Shown in pieces: positions 18,597 to 28,439 of a stretch of 40,609 bases of DNA; the first letter of the stretch is position 1, and each line of letters opens with the position of its first letter. The notes beneath the pieces were generated by a model. It saw only the letters and a program-made list of their open reading frames with translations, was not told the origin of the DNA and searched no databases. The position numbers and the translations under genes are program-made. The DNA lies in the IMG/VR virus record IMGVR_UViG_2778261163_000009, one strand, 5' to 3'. This DNA is from a virus (taxonomy: Duplodnaviria > Heunggongvirae > Uroviricota > Caudoviricetes).

Positions 18597-19655
18597 TTAC
18601 GCTCCGGTTTCTGCTGCGACGGCGCTGAAGTCGCCAATCTGGATGTTTTCCACCAGTGCGGCGCAGCGGTAGTCCTCAACCACATAGGCTTCGTTAACGG
18701 ATTCAAAGTTTTCAATCCGGTCACGTTTCGGGTTGTCGATAACTGAACGACGGCGAGTGTCTTCCTGCCAGTAGATGGACAGGTTATCCAGACGGGTGAT
18801 CAGCAGCGCATTCGGCGGGAAGAACGGCGCACGCACTGCCTGCAGGCCACCCATGCGTTTTTGGCTGATGATCATATCTGCAGCCAGTTTTTCACTGTTC
18901 TCCTGCTCTTTGTTGACCAGCGGGAAATACTTGTCAGACAACAGTTCACGACCGCAAATCACCACCAGATCGTCATCGTCCTGGTAAACCACGTCGATAA
19001 GCTCATTGACGGCATCCATCACCACGGCATCCAGGTTGGCATATTCGCCACCTTTGCCGACTTTCACTGCGCCCGGTGTGGTTTCAGCGCCCGTGGTGGT
19101 GCTGCCCATGACGTGATCCGGTGCATCCTCACGGATTTTCTGCAGCCAGCCTTTATTTACATCCTGCAGCAGCGGGTTTTCGCTACGGTTGGAGGTTTTC
19201 GCACGCTTCACGCCGTTAAAACCGATCATGATGCGGTCCAGTGCCTGACGTTTCACGATGGCATCACGGATGCGCACCTGGAAATCCTGAAACTTCGCCC
19301 ACAGGTCCAGCTTCGCGTAGGTCAGTACCGTGTCAAAGTTGGTCTGCTCGCATTTATATTCCACATCGACCATCAGCGTCGGATCGACAGGCTCACGCTC
19401 TTTTGCGGTGGTATCAGTGGTTCCGGCAATGGTGCTGCCAACACCCAGCCCCAGCAACTGACCAGACTGCTCAGTCACTGGCGTGACGTTAATCAGCGTC
19501 AGGAATGCGGCGGATTGCTGGATCTGGTCTTCCAGCGTCTGCTGCACGGACGGCTCCACAGTGAACTTGCTGGACAGTTCTTCAACTGCCACACCGTTCA
19601 GACGCGCCAGCTGCTGCAGGTAAGCGTTAAAAGCAAAGCGGGTATTCTTCTTCAT
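18597..19655 (-). CDS. N: Major capsid protein N
   Basis: 352 aa, P2 gpN-like. Confidence 0.9.
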   Translation of the reverse strand: MKKNTRFAFNAYLQQLARLNGVAVEELSSKFTVEPSVQQTLEDQIQQSAAFLTLINVTPVTEQSGQLLGLGVGSTIAGTTDTTAKEREPVDPTLMVDVEYKCEQTNFDTVLTYAKLDLWAKFQDFQVRIRDAIVKRQALDRIMIGFNGVKRAKTSNRSENPLLQDVNKGWLQKIREDAPDHVMGSTTTGAETTPGAVKVGKGGEYANLDAVVMDAVNELIDVVYQDDDDLVVICGRELLSDKYFPLVNKEQENSEKLAADMIISQKRMGGLQAVRAPFFPPNALLITRLDNLSIYWQEDTRRRSVIDNPKRDRIENFESVNEAYVVEDYRCAALVENIQIGDFSAVAAETGA

Positions 19656-19671
19656 CAGGTTTTGTGCTCCA

Positions 19672-20505
19672 TCAGCAATTTGTCAGAGTGTCAGCGGGGG
19701 CATTACCGCCTGTTGCACGCTGGCGGTAGTCCTGGCGGCTGTCTTCATGGCTCAGCTTGTCCACCAGTTCATTAAAGGTGGTCAGCTGTGCCTGCAGGGC
19801 TGTCTCCAGCTCAGACAGGCGTTCTTCCTGTTCAGACAGGGATTTTTCGGTGCGCGCACTCAGGTTTTGCTGCTCAGTGGCGACCAGCTCCACGGCCTTA
19901 TGCACATCAGAGAACCGGGCATCATCGGACTGCTCTTTTTTGGTGAACAGCGCCGTGACACGGGCAAACAGGGATGGTTTTTCGTCCTGGACTTCTTCCA
20001 GTTCGATCACCGTTTCCTCTGCAGCGGTAAAGAGATTGGCGGGGTTCTGCTTGCGGTTTGCCAGCGGGTTATGGGCTGCACTGGCGCTGAATGTCAGCAT
20101 TTCAGTGCCCAGACTGGCAGGGTCATCAGTGGCAGCCAGGCCAACCAGGTAGGCTTTGCCCGTATCAGCAAACTTCGGGCTGACTTCCATAGAGGTGAAT
20201 AATTTCTGGCCTTTTTTCACCAGCTCCACCAGGGACTCTGTTGGCTCAACGTCGGCATACAGCGCCATCTTGCCTGCCAGCGGACCTTCCGTGATTTCTT
20301 CAGCAAACAGCGCCGTCACCTTGCCGTAGCGGTTAAAGGTGCTGTCCGGCAGATAAGACTTGATGTGCTCAAGGTTAATCAGCGCGGTATACACCGCCGG
20401 GTTGTAGCTGGCTGCCATCTGTTCCAGCCATTCACGCTGGATTTCGCGTCCGTCGGTGGTGGCACCTTCCACCCCGATGCGAAAACGCTTTGCTTTCACT
20501 GTCAT
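19672..20505 (-). CDS. O: Capsid scaffold protein O
   Basis: 277 aa, P2 gpO-like. Confidence 0.85.
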   Translation of the reverse strand: MTVKAKRFRIGVEGATTDGREIQREWLEQMAASYNPAVYTALINLEHIKSYLPDSTFNRYGKVTALFAEEITEGPLAGKMALYADVEPTESLVELVKKGQKLFTSMEVSPKFADTGKAYLVGLAATDDPASLGTEMLTFSASAAHNPLANRKQNPANLFTAAEETVIELEEVQDEKPSLFARVTALFTKKEQSDDARFSDVHKAVELVATEQQNLSARTEKSLSEQEERLSELETALQAQLTTFNELVDKLSHEDSRQDYRQRATGGNAPADTLTNC

Positions 20506-20583
20506 GAGCCGTGCTCCGTTAGAAAAAACTTACTGGAGCCTTATGGTTGCGGTGATGGGGGCAGTGAAACAATGCGCGGTATT

Positions 20584-20601
20584 TGTACCGACAACCACAC
20601 A
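20584..20601. promoter_or_regulatory. Ogr-type activator site (TGT-N12-ACA) in the divergent O/P late promoter region
   Basis: TGTACCGACAACCACACA between the O start (20505) and the P start (20648). Confidence 0.6.
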
Positions 20602-20647
20602 AACCGCAGGCGGGGAAAGCCTTCATTCAAGGCTGTAGGTTTGTGCC

Positions 20648-22414
20648 ATGAACACCACACTGACACCCGCAGATCTCGATCCCCGTCGGCAAGCCATGCT
20701 GCTGTACTTTCAGGGATACCGCGTAGCCCGCATTGCTGAAATGCTGGGCGAGAAAGTTGCAACCGTTCACAGCTGGAAAAAACGCGACAAGTGGGGTGAC
20801 TATGGGCCGCTGGATCAGATGCAGCTCACCACCGCCGCACGTTACTGCCAGCTCATTATGAAGGAGCACAAAGAAGGGAAAGATTTCAAAGAAATTGATC
20901 TGCTGGCGCGCCAGTCGGAGCGCCACGCGCGGATCGGCAAGTTTAACAATGGCGGCAACGAAGCCGATTTAAACCCTAACGTCGCCAACCGCAACAAAGG
21001 CCCGCGCCGTCAGCCTGAAAAGAATGTTTTCACCGATGAACAGATTGAGAAGCTGGAAGAAATCTTCCATTCCTCCATGTTCAACTACCAGCGTCACTGG
21101 TGGGAAGCCGGAAAAACCAACCGCATCCGCAACCTGCTGAAGTCACGCCAGATCGGCGCAACCTTCTATTTTGCCCGTGAAGCCCTGATTGACGCCCTGC
21201 TAACCGGACGTAACCAGATTTTCCTTTCTGCCAGTAAGGCACAGGCGCACGTCTTTAAGCAGTACATCATCGACTTCGCCAAAGAAGTGGAGGTGGAGCT
21301 GAAAGGCGATCCGATGGTGCTTCCCAACGGGGCCACACTGTATTTCCTCGGCACCAATGCCCGCACTGCCCAGAGTTACCACGGTAACCTGTATCTGGAT
21401 GAATATTTCTGGATACCGAAATTCCAGGAGCTGCGCAAAGTGGCATCCGGTATGGCTATTCACAAAAAATGGCGACAAACCTATTTTTCCACGCCATCCA
21501 GCCTGACACACAGTGCTTATCCGTTCTGGTCCGGTGCGCTGTTCAACCGTGGGCGCAACAAAGCCGATAAGGTGGACATCGACCTGTCCCACAACAATCT
21601 GGCCCCCGGCCTGCTGTGCGCAGACGGGCAATACCGCCAGATAGTCACCGTGGAAGATGCGGTGCGCGGCGGATGTAACCTGTTCGATCTCGACCAGTTG
21701 CGCATGGAGTACAGCCCGGACGAATACCAGAACCTGCTGATGTGCGAGTTCGTGGACGATCTCGCGTCCGTGTTCCCGCTCAGCGAACTGCAGGCGTGCA
21801 TGGTGGACAGCTGGGAAGTCTGGACCGACTTTCATGCACTAGCCCTGCGCCCGTTTGGCTGGCGCGAAGTGTGGATCGGTTATGACCCGGCAAAAGGTAC
21901 GCAGAACGGCGACAGTGCCGGATGCGTGGTGGTGGCTCCGCCAGCCGTGCCGGGTGGTAAGTTCCGCATTCTTGAGCGTCACCAGTGGCGCGGGATGGAC
22001 TTCCGCGCCCAGGCTGACGCCATCAAAAAACTGACCGAACAGTATAACGTGACCTATATCGGTATCGACTCGACCGGCGTCGGTCACGGGGTTTACGAGA
22101 ACGTGAAAGCGTTTTTTCCTGCCGTCAGGGAGTTTGTCTATAACCCCAACGTTAAAAACGCCCTGGTACTCAAGGCCTACGACATTATCAGCCACCGCCG
22201 TCTGGAGTTTGACGCCGGGCACACCGACATTGCGCAGTCATTTATGGCAATCCGTCGCGCTACCACTGCCAGTGGCAACCGCCCGACCTATGAAGCCAGC
22301 CGCAGCGAAGAAGCCAGCCATGCCGATCTGGCCTGGGCAACAATGCACGCACTGTTTAACGAACCGCTGCAGGGCGAGTCCGCCAATACCAGCAATATTG
22401 TGGAGATTTTTTGA
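20648..22414 (+). CDS. P: Terminase large (ATPase) subunit P
   Basis: 588 aa, P2 gpP-like. Confidence 0.9.
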   Translation: MNTTLTPADLDPRRQAMLLYFQGYRVARIAEMLGEKVATVHSWKKRDKWGDYGPLDQMQLTTAARYCQLIMKEHKEGKDFKEIDLLARQSERHARIGKFNNGGNEADLNPNVANRNKGPRRQPEKNVFTDEQIEKLEEIFHSSMFNYQRHWWEAGKTNRIRNLLKSRQIGATFYFAREALIDALLTGRNQIFLSASKAQAHVFKQYIIDFAKEVEVELKGDPMVLPNGATLYFLGTNARTAQSYHGNLYLDEYFWIPKFQELRKVASGMAIHKKWRQTYFSTPSSLTHSAYPFWSGALFNRGRNKADKVDIDLSHNNLAPGLLCADGQYRQIVTVEDAVRGGCNLFDLDQLRMEYSPDEYQNLLMCEFVDDLASVFPLSELQACMVDSWEVWTDFHALALRPFGWREVWIGYDPAKGTQNGDSAGCVVVAPPAVPGGKFRILERHQWRGMDFRAQADAIKKLTEQYNVTYIGIDSTGVGHGVYENVKAFFPAVREFVYNPNVKNALVLKAYDIISHRRLEFDAGHTDIAQSFMAIRRATTASGNRPTYEASRSEEASHADLAWATMHALFNEPLQGESANTSNIVEIF

Positions 22415-23448
22415 TGGGAAAGAGTAAGAAGAACCGCGCTGCGTCGACGAAACAGATCCAGCATAAAGGCCAGACTTCAGCCGAAGCATTCAGCTTCGGT
22501 GATCCCGTTCCTGTTCTGGACCGCCGCGAACTGCTGGACTATGTGGAATGCGTACAGATGGATCGTTGGTATGAGCCGCCTGTGAGTTTCGACGGACTGG
22601 CGCGAACCTTCCGCGCCGCCGTGCATCACAGCTCACCGATTGCAGTGAAGTGCAACATTCTAACCAGCACCTACATCCCTCACCCGCTGCTCAGCCAGCA
22701 GGCTTTTTCGCGTTTTGTACAGGACTATCTGGTTTTTGGTAACGCCTACCTGGAGAAACGCACGAACCGCTTCGGTGAAGTTATCGCCCTTGAGCCTGCA
22801 CTGGCAAAATACACCCGACGCGGGTTAGACCTGGATACCTACTGGTTTGTGCAATACGGCATGACTACGCAGCCGTATCAGTTCACGAAAGGCAACATTT
22901 TTCATCTGATGGAACCGGACATCAACCAGGAGATCTACGGCCTGCCCGGTTATCTTTCTGCCATTCCGTCAGCTCTGCTCAACGAGTCCGCCACGCTGTT
23001 CCGCCGCAAGTATTACATTAACGGCAGTCATGCAGGCTTCATCATGTACATGACCGATGCAGCGCAGAACCAAGAGGATGTGAACAACCTCCGCAATGCG
23101 ATGAAAAGCGCCAAAGGTCCTGGTAACTTCCGTAACCTGTTTATGTACTCGCCTAACGGTAAAAAGGACGGGCTTCAGATTATCCCGTTGTCAGAAGTGG
23201 CGGCGAAGGATGAGTTCCTGAATATCAAGAACGTGAGCCGGGACGACATGATGGCGGCGCATCGTGTGCCGCCACAAATGATGGGGATAATGCCTAATAA
23301 TGTCGGGGGGTTTGGGGATGTGGAGAAGGCCAGTCGCGTATTTGTACGTAATGAATTAACGCCCTTGCAAAAAAGGCTACAAGAGCTGAACGACTGGCTG
23401 GGCGAAGAAGTGATTAAATTTACGCCCTATATTCTTTCAGAAGAATAA
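22411..23448 (+). CDS. Q: Portal protein Q
   Basis: 345 aa, P2 gpQ-like; start overlaps the P stop. Confidence 0.9.
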   Translation: MMGKSKKNRAASTKQIQHKGQTSAEAFSFGDPVPVLDRRELLDYVECVQMDRWYEPPVSFDGLARTFRAAVHHSSPIAVKCNILTSTYIPHPLLSQQAFSRFVQDYLVFGNAYLEKRTNRFGEVIALEPALAKYTRRGLDLDTYWFVQYGMTTQPYQFTKGNIFHLMEPDINQEIYGLPGYLSAIPSALLNESATLFRRKYYINGSHAGFIMYMTDAAQNQEDVNNLRNAMKSAKGPGNFRNLFMYSPNGKKDGLQIIPLSEVAAKDEFLNIKNVSRDDMMAAHRVPPQMMGIMPNNVGGFGDVEKASRVFVRNELTPLQKRLQELNDWLGEEVIKFTPYILSEE

Positions 23449-23456
23449 TTCCGAAC

Positions 23457-24155
23457 TTATTTGTTTCTTCTTTGTTCACGCCTTGTCTTGGCTTCGATAA
23501 GGCGTTGAGGTTCAGTGTAAAGCCGTTCTAAAAAAAGATAGGTAAAATCTTCAAGATCCTCAGCAGCAGCTTTATCCAAAATACCTTCATGCGCTCCATC
23601 ATTTCCGTCATCTTTAACGCATTCAGCTAGTTCCCTTAAAGCTTCAGGCAGTAGATGATTATCAAATAACCACTCCATTCTTAACCCTAGGCTTCTCCTT
23701 ATTTTTTGCGCAGGCCCTTGCTCCCCATCAGGAAGAAGTCCTTTTGTGGCATAATCAAGGCAAAGCCTAAACATGGTTGCTGCTGCATTATAACAACCTA
23801 TAGCCAAACATTTCGCCCCTTCCTCATATGCACTATTGATATGCTCAGGTAAGAACTCTGGTGGCTCCTCTACTGCTAAGTCTGCCGGTGATATAGGTCT
23901 AACAACCTCTGCAACTTCCTTTAAGCCGAATATTCCACTTTCCCAATTATAGTCATCTAAAGTTTTATTTTTCGTTAAAGGTCTGCAAAGAAAAATTGTC
24001 GTTTTATGACACTCTCGGCAAACACAATAGACCTCGTACTCGTATGTTTTACCCCCGCCCAATGCATTGTAAACCCTAGTGCAATTCAGCCCATTAACAT
24101 CAAACGCTATTTTTTGTGATCCACATCGTGGACAGTCATCCACTAACATAACCAT
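23457..24155 (-). CDS. Hypothetical zinc-ribbon protein (cargo between Q and cos)
   Basis: 232 aa, GGGAGGAG ribosome-binding site; N-terminal CPRCG...CVCRECH cysteine cluster; C-terminal acidic/His region (DDGNDGAHEG); AT-rich; no P2 counterpart at this position. Confidence 0.6.
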   Translation of the reverse strand: MVMLVDDCPRCGSQKIAFDVNGLNCTRVYNALGGGKTYEYEVYCVCRECHKTTIFLCRPLTKNKTLDDYNWESGIFGLKEVAEVVRPISPADLAVEEPPEFLPEHINSAYEEGAKCLAIGCYNAAATMFRLCLDYATKGLLPDGEQGPAQKIRRSLGLRMEWLFDNHLLPEALRELAECVKDDGNDGAHEGILDKAAAEDLEDFTYLFLERLYTEPQRLIEAKTRREQRRNK

Positions 24156-24265
24156 GTCAATTACTCCTCCCTATGAAAAAAATGAGTTGAAAAATTGAAT
24201 ATTCACGACTTAAAAAGCTAGCCTATTTAACACCATAATTTCATTAATTCAACCATGAGCGCGCG

Positions 24266-24284
24266 CTCGTATCCCCGCCACGCC
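24266..24284. other. cos site (19-nt cohesive end) of the prophage
   Basis: Reverse complement GGCGTGGCGGGGATACGAG resembles the P2/186 cohesive end (GGCG(A/T)GGCGGGGAAAGCA-) and lies where cos is expected next to Q. Confidence 0.6.
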
Positions 24285-24324
24285 TGCCCGCTTTATGTAG
24301 TGGTTTTCATGCGCCTGCATGACA

Positions 24325-24353
24325 TAAGCAAAAGCCCGCCACTCCTGGCGGGC
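24325..24353 (-). terminator. Rho-independent terminator after the 203-aa cargo gene
   Basis: GCCCGCCA-CTCC-TGGCGGGC stem followed by TTTTGCTT on the minus strand. Confidence 0.6.
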
Positions 24354-24444
24354 CTCAGCTAAAACGATCCTCAAACGATCATGCGGATTCATGCGGCATA
24401 GACATGCACAATCTCCAAAGCGGGCATCGAGACTTTTTGGAAAC

Positions 24445-25056
24445 CTACGTAACCACAGTTAATGTGTGCATCCTGTTTCGAATTGCATCACACGTCTCAT
24501 CAAAAAGCTTGGTGATGGTTGTACGGTTCAACTCCGCCTCTTTCCAATAATTTTGCCCGTCAAATTCTGGATCGCTATGCTGAAACGATATTGACTCTGA
24601 AAGGCATTCCTTCCGGAAACGGTCCAAGATTATATAAACCTCTGGTGAGATGAACGGTTTGTTAGATTCAACACTTGTAACAAAAGTGTTAAATGCTTCA
24701 AAAAAAACTTTCAATCTTCTAAATTTTCTCTCTTCAAATGGTTCGTTGGGGTCAACATGATCCAGCGCAGGCCTCAGCTTAAGCACGCTTTCTCTGGTTT
24801 CAAACATCGAATTCCAAATGAGACTATATGCTGATAACTCCTTATCAAAATACGCTTTCGTTACATAAACAGAATTGTCTAACTTAGCCTTTATTCTTTC
24901 ATTAGTTGCACTCAGTTGTGATTGAAATTCAGCAATATCTTTGTTTAGCCGCGACTTATATCTTTCTAAATAAACTTTCCCGATCCAAACAAATATGCCA
25001 GATGCAACAAAAGACACCCCACCCAACGAAGCCAGAACTTTAAAGACTAAATCCAT
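24445..25056 (-). CDS. Hypothetical membrane-anchored protein (cargo between cos and the SOS module)
   Basis: 203 aa; AGGTGGGGG ribosome-binding site; TATAAT-like -10 box about 30 bp upstream; N-terminal transmembrane helix (LVFKVLASLGGVSFVASGIFVWI); AT-rich. Confidence 0.6.
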   Translation of the reverse strand: MDLVFKVLASLGGVSFVASGIFVWIGKVYLERYKSRLNKDIAEFQSQLSATNERIKAKLDNSVYVTKAYFDKELSAYSLIWNSMFETRESVLKLRPALDHVDPNEPFEERKFRRLKVFFEAFNTFVTSVESNKPFISPEVYIILDRFRKECLSESISFQHSDPEFDGQNYWKEAELNRTTITKLFDETCDAIRNRMHTLTVVT

Positions 25057-25104
25057 TGCGCCCCCACCTGCAAAAATAGTATTCCATTATAAGCTAATAC
25101 ATTT

Positions 25105-25365
25105 TTAATCAAACAGGAGATAATTCGCGTCAACCTCATCACTTCTCTGCTCTACCCTAGTGACTTCCATCAAAAACCCCAGGCCGTCATATAGCGAAAC
25201 GGGGAATTCCAGCTCAAGCCAGAAGCAGTCTTCATAGATGCGGCCCAACCAAAAACCTCCGCCACACTCCTTTGGGCGTTGAAAGAAGACCCAATCGCCA
25301 AGGGTAAACCGTTCCAGCACCTGGCCCCGATAAATAATCTGGTGATTACTGTCTTTTTTATCCAT
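25105..25365 (-). CDS. Hypothetical small protein (cargo)
   Basis: The ORF track starts at a TTG (25416); ATG at 25365 (MDKKDSNHQIIY...) with a GAGG ribosome-binding site is more plausible, giving 86 aa; no family recognised. Confidence 0.45.
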   Translation of the reverse strand: MDKKDSNHQIIYRGQVLERFTLGDWVFFQRPKECGGGFWLGRIYEDCFWLELEFPVSLYDGLGFLMEVTRVEQRSDEVDANYLLFD

Positions 25366-25438
25366 GGCTAACGCCTCGCTACTCTCGTTGTTCAACCTTG
25401 CTGACGTCAGATTCAAGTTCTTACATCAGGAACGTTCC

Positions 25439-25672
25439 TTAGTGCAGCCAGCTGTCGTCTTCCCAAACCTGTTGCATAATTTCCATCACCCGCTTTTTGT
25501 CTTCATCAAGCTTTAAGCCACTCAGCTCAACGCCGTTTGCCGACCCTTTACGGATGCGGATAGCGGTCTTTGGATAGATGGGTTGCAGGTTGCGGTAAAG
25601 CTCGGACTCCAGAGCGTCCAGGGTAGACTGGCTAATCTTCTGCTCTTTATCGATCATTATTTCAATGCGCAT
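25439..25672 (-). CDS. DinI-like protein (resembles the C-terminal part of the 186 Tum antirepressor)
   Basis: From MRIEIMIDK...; pattern MRIE(V/I)...LxxELxRxxxxxxP...EDKxRxxEIxQxxWExxxW matches E. coli DinI; GAGGTG ribosome-binding site. Confidence 0.7.
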   Translation of the reverse strand: MRIEIMIDKEQKISQSTLDALESELYRNLQPIYPKTAIRIRKGSANGVELSGLKLDEDKKRVMEIMQQVWEDDSWLH

Positions 25673-25682
25673 AAAAGTCACC

Positions 25683-25871
25683 TCAGCTGATGACATCCAT
25701 TGAGCTGTTGTATTCGTGGGTTCTGATTTTTGCCATGAGTTCATCTGTCAGTTCAGAAACCCACTGCAAAGCCAGCCCCTTCTCTTCATCACTACACTCA
25801 CTAGCCGCTACAAGCTTAAGAAAAAAATCAATGCGCTGGAGCTTCAAAGACTCCAAAAAATAGTCCTGCAT
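25683..25871 (-). CDS. Small ORF immediately upstream of the DinI-like gene
   Basis: 62 aa from MQDYFLESL with a GGAGG ribosome-binding site 5 nt upstream; stop lies 10 nt before the DinI-like ATG; the longer track ORF would span the LexA box. Confidence 0.5.
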   Translation of the reverse strand: MQDYFLESLKLQRIDFFLKLVAASECSDEEKGLALQWVSELTDELMAKIRTHEYNSSMDVIS

Positions 25872-25912
25872 CTTTCCTCCTATGACACCACAAGCAATAC
25901 TGTATACATAAC

Positions 25913-25932
25913 CACTGTTTATATTTACAGTA
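25913..25932. promoter_or_regulatory. LexA (SOS) box at the promoter of the small-ORF / DinI-like operon
   Basis: CACTGTTTATATTTACAGTA fits CTGT-N8-ACAG; a half-site CTGT lies 15 bp upstream (25900..25903). Confidence 0.7.
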
Positions 25933-26024
25933 TATAATAATCTTACTGATGTAAAACGTTTTTTTACGTTCATCAGCCTGATATGCCTGGTATTATTAAG
26001 AGCACGAATTGTTAACCCGCGTAA

Positions 26025-28439
26025 TTAATACAGGTTTCGCCACTTATCATCTTCCTGCAAACGCTGGTTCCGATAGAAGATACGCAGGCCTGCTCCTGAC
26101 GGAATACTGCCGCCGCGAAGGAGTAAATCGACCTCTTTCTCGCTGCCATTAAATCCTCTGGACTTCAGTTCATAGACGAGCTGCTGTCGCTGATGGTCTG
26201 TAATTCGCTGTTTGTAGTCTTTACGCCGTTTCGGTTTCACCAGGCGTAACCTTGCAGCCAGTTCCCGGCGCTCTTTTTTGCTCATACTGTGCAGGTAACC
26301 GTGCAACTCCTTGTCATCCATGCGGGTAATGTCCGTCCTGGTATCCCCATCAGCTGATTTGTCTTTCCCTTGTTGGTTCAAATTTTCAGCAAGGGGACAG
26401 TTATTGCCACGAGTCCAAGGGGCGCAAGCGCCCTGGTCGGCTGCCGCCTCCTGAACATCAACGGCCTTACGAACCATTTTCCACTTCACGGCATGAGTGC
26501 AGATCTTGCCCTCTGCAATAGGTGACCAGATGCCATAAATACGAATGCCGTGATCGCCATAGGCGGTCGGCTCTTCGTTGATTTCATAAGCGGTTCTGAT
26601 GAGGTGATATTTGCGGGGAACCAGTACGCCGCCCTGCTTCATGATGTAGGTGGCAAAACAACCAGCATCAGCAGCAGCCAGGATGGCATCAAGGCGTGGG
26701 TTATCCAGTACCGGCGCACCTGCTTTTTTGTCCCCCTGTTGCCTTGCCGCCTGACCAGCCAGCAATCGCAGTTCACGGTAAGCCTGACGCCCCGGAATGC
26801 CAAAGAAGCGGAATTGCTGAACACGATGCAGAGACGCCCAGGCATTAACGTATTCAGCATTATCACGCAGGGATTTCCCCGTTTCCTTGCTGATCTCGCC
26901 AGCCAGACCACGCCCGTCAATGTTCTTACTGATGTATTTCGCGATGTAGCTTGTTGGCGTTCCTTTGCGCGGGTTAATCAACTCAGACTTAAAGCGCGGC
27001 CCAGTGTTATTGCCCAGCTCCTCGCGGTCTTCACGGATGGCAAACTTACGCAGTAATGCAGTGATGGCACGGCGGTCTTTTTTGCGCATGAAACACAACA
27101 GGTGCCAGTGAACTGTGCCGTCATGATGCGGCTCAGCCACCCGCACGCCATACCAGCGCAACCCGGCTTTGTGCATCGCCTTACGAAATGCAGCAAACAT
27201 GCCGACCAGATAATCGCTGCTTTGTCTTACCGTCGCGTTTGTCCAGGTCGGGTTTGGTCTGCCGTTATTGAGCGTGGAATGGAAACGTGACGGACAGGTG
27301 ATGGTGTAGAAAACGGCGCAGTCACCGCGCATTTCCGCGATAAGCTCCAGACCTTTAACACAGGCCATCATCTCATTGCGGCGATGCGCCGGGTTGCTGC
27401 TGCTGGCGTTTACCACATCCTCCATGTCCAGCGTGTCGCCGTCTTCGTTCACCAGTTCATGAGAACGGAAAAACTCCAGCGACTTACGGCGCTGCTCACG
27501 TTTATGCATCACGGCTTCATAGCTGACATAGGGAGATGCTTTTTTGCTGACCAGGCAGACAGCACGCAACTGCTCTTCCCGCCATTCGCAACGCATCTTC
27601 CATAATTTCCGATACCACCAGTCGGCGCACAACATACGCGCCAGCGAACCCGGAATGAGTTCATAGGGCACGGGTTTACGGCGGTTTCTTTTCCGACGGA
27701 GTTGCTCAAACGCAGGAGGGATTACATCCAGACGCAGGGTTTCCGCTGCCACCTTTTCCCATGTCTTGCGGATTTCTTCTGGCTTAACGTCATCGGTGGC
27801 ATACAAATCACCACAAGCTGCATCAAGGCACATGCTCATATGCGCGGCAACAAGGGTAGACAGGCGCTTCACCTGATCCTGACTCATTTCAGGCAGGATC
27901 AGCAGGCCGTCCAGCCCTTCATGGCTTGCCATAAAGCGAAAAGAAGTGGATAGCTGACTCTCGCGTACATGCTCCAGTCGTTCCAGACATGGCTTAATCG
28001 TCTCACGCAAATAGCGGGAATAAGCCTTTGGCCTGCCCAGGCTGCTGAAGTATTCAATACGTTGCATCAGCGGCTTGCTGATATGGGAAGGCTGGGCGTT
28101 GACGTCCGCCAGAATGACCATATCCGGATTAAAACGCTGCTGCTCATGCGCCAGCTTTGCCCGACTAATGAGCTTATCCTGCTCGATTTCGCGCTGGACA
28201 GGATCACGGGATTCATTAAAGAAATAACGCTCCCAGACCTGATCACTCAGCGCCTCACGGCGCAGCTGTTCCTGCTCGTTATCGGCAGCGTACAGAGTGA
28301 TCAGGTTTGAAAGCGCAGAAACCGGCGCAACTTCCGCCGGGTCCAGATAAGGGTTAATGGCCTTTTTCGGGCTGCTCCATGAGAATGCTGCTGCGACCTC
28401 GTTAAAGCCGCTGCAGTTGTTCATATCAGCATGGCTCAT
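26025..28439 (-). CDS. A: Replication initiation protein A (rolling-circle nickase)
   Basis: 804 aa, P2/186 gpA-like. Confidence 0.85.
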   Translation of the reverse strand: MSHADMNNCSGFNEVAAAFSWSSPKKAINPYLDPAEVAPVSALSNLITLYAADNEQEQLRREALSDQVWERYFFNESRDPVQREIEQDKLISRAKLAHEQQRFNPDMVILADVNAQPSHISKPLMQRIEYFSSLGRPKAYSRYLRETIKPCLERLEHVRESQLSTSFRFMASHEGLDGLLILPEMSQDQVKRLSTLVAAHMSMCLDAACGDLYATDDVKPEEIRKTWEKVAAETLRLDVIPPAFEQLRRKRNRRKPVPYELIPGSLARMLCADWWYRKLWKMRCEWREEQLRAVCLVSKKASPYVSYEAVMHKREQRRKSLEFFRSHELVNEDGDTLDMEDVVNASSSNPAHRRNEMMACVKGLELIAEMRGDCAVFYTITCPSRFHSTLNNGRPNPTWTNATVRQSSDYLVGMFAAFRKAMHKAGLRWYGVRVAEPHHDGTVHWHLLCFMRKKDRRAITALLRKFAIREDREELGNNTGPRFKSELINPRKGTPTSYIAKYISKNIDGRGLAGEISKETGKSLRDNAEYVNAWASLHRVQQFRFFGIPGRQAYRELRLLAGQAARQQGDKKAGAPVLDNPRLDAILAAADAGCFATYIMKQGGVLVPRKYHLIRTAYEINEEPTAYGDHGIRIYGIWSPIAEGKICTHAVKWKMVRKAVDVQEAAADQGACAPWTRGNNCPLAENLNQQGKDKSADGDTRTDITRMDDKELHGYLHSMSKKERRELAARLRLVKPKRRKDYKQRITDHQRQQLVYELKSRGFNGSEKEVDLLLRGGSIPSGAGLRIFYRNQRLQEDDKWRNLY

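Noticed and set aside
25439-25973. Single frameshifted tum-like gene spanning both small ORFs
   Set aside because: Each ORF has its own Shine-Dalgarno sequence and ATG and they are separated by a 10-nt spacer, so two cistrons is the simpler reading; the longer track ORF starting at 25973 would also contain the LexA box.
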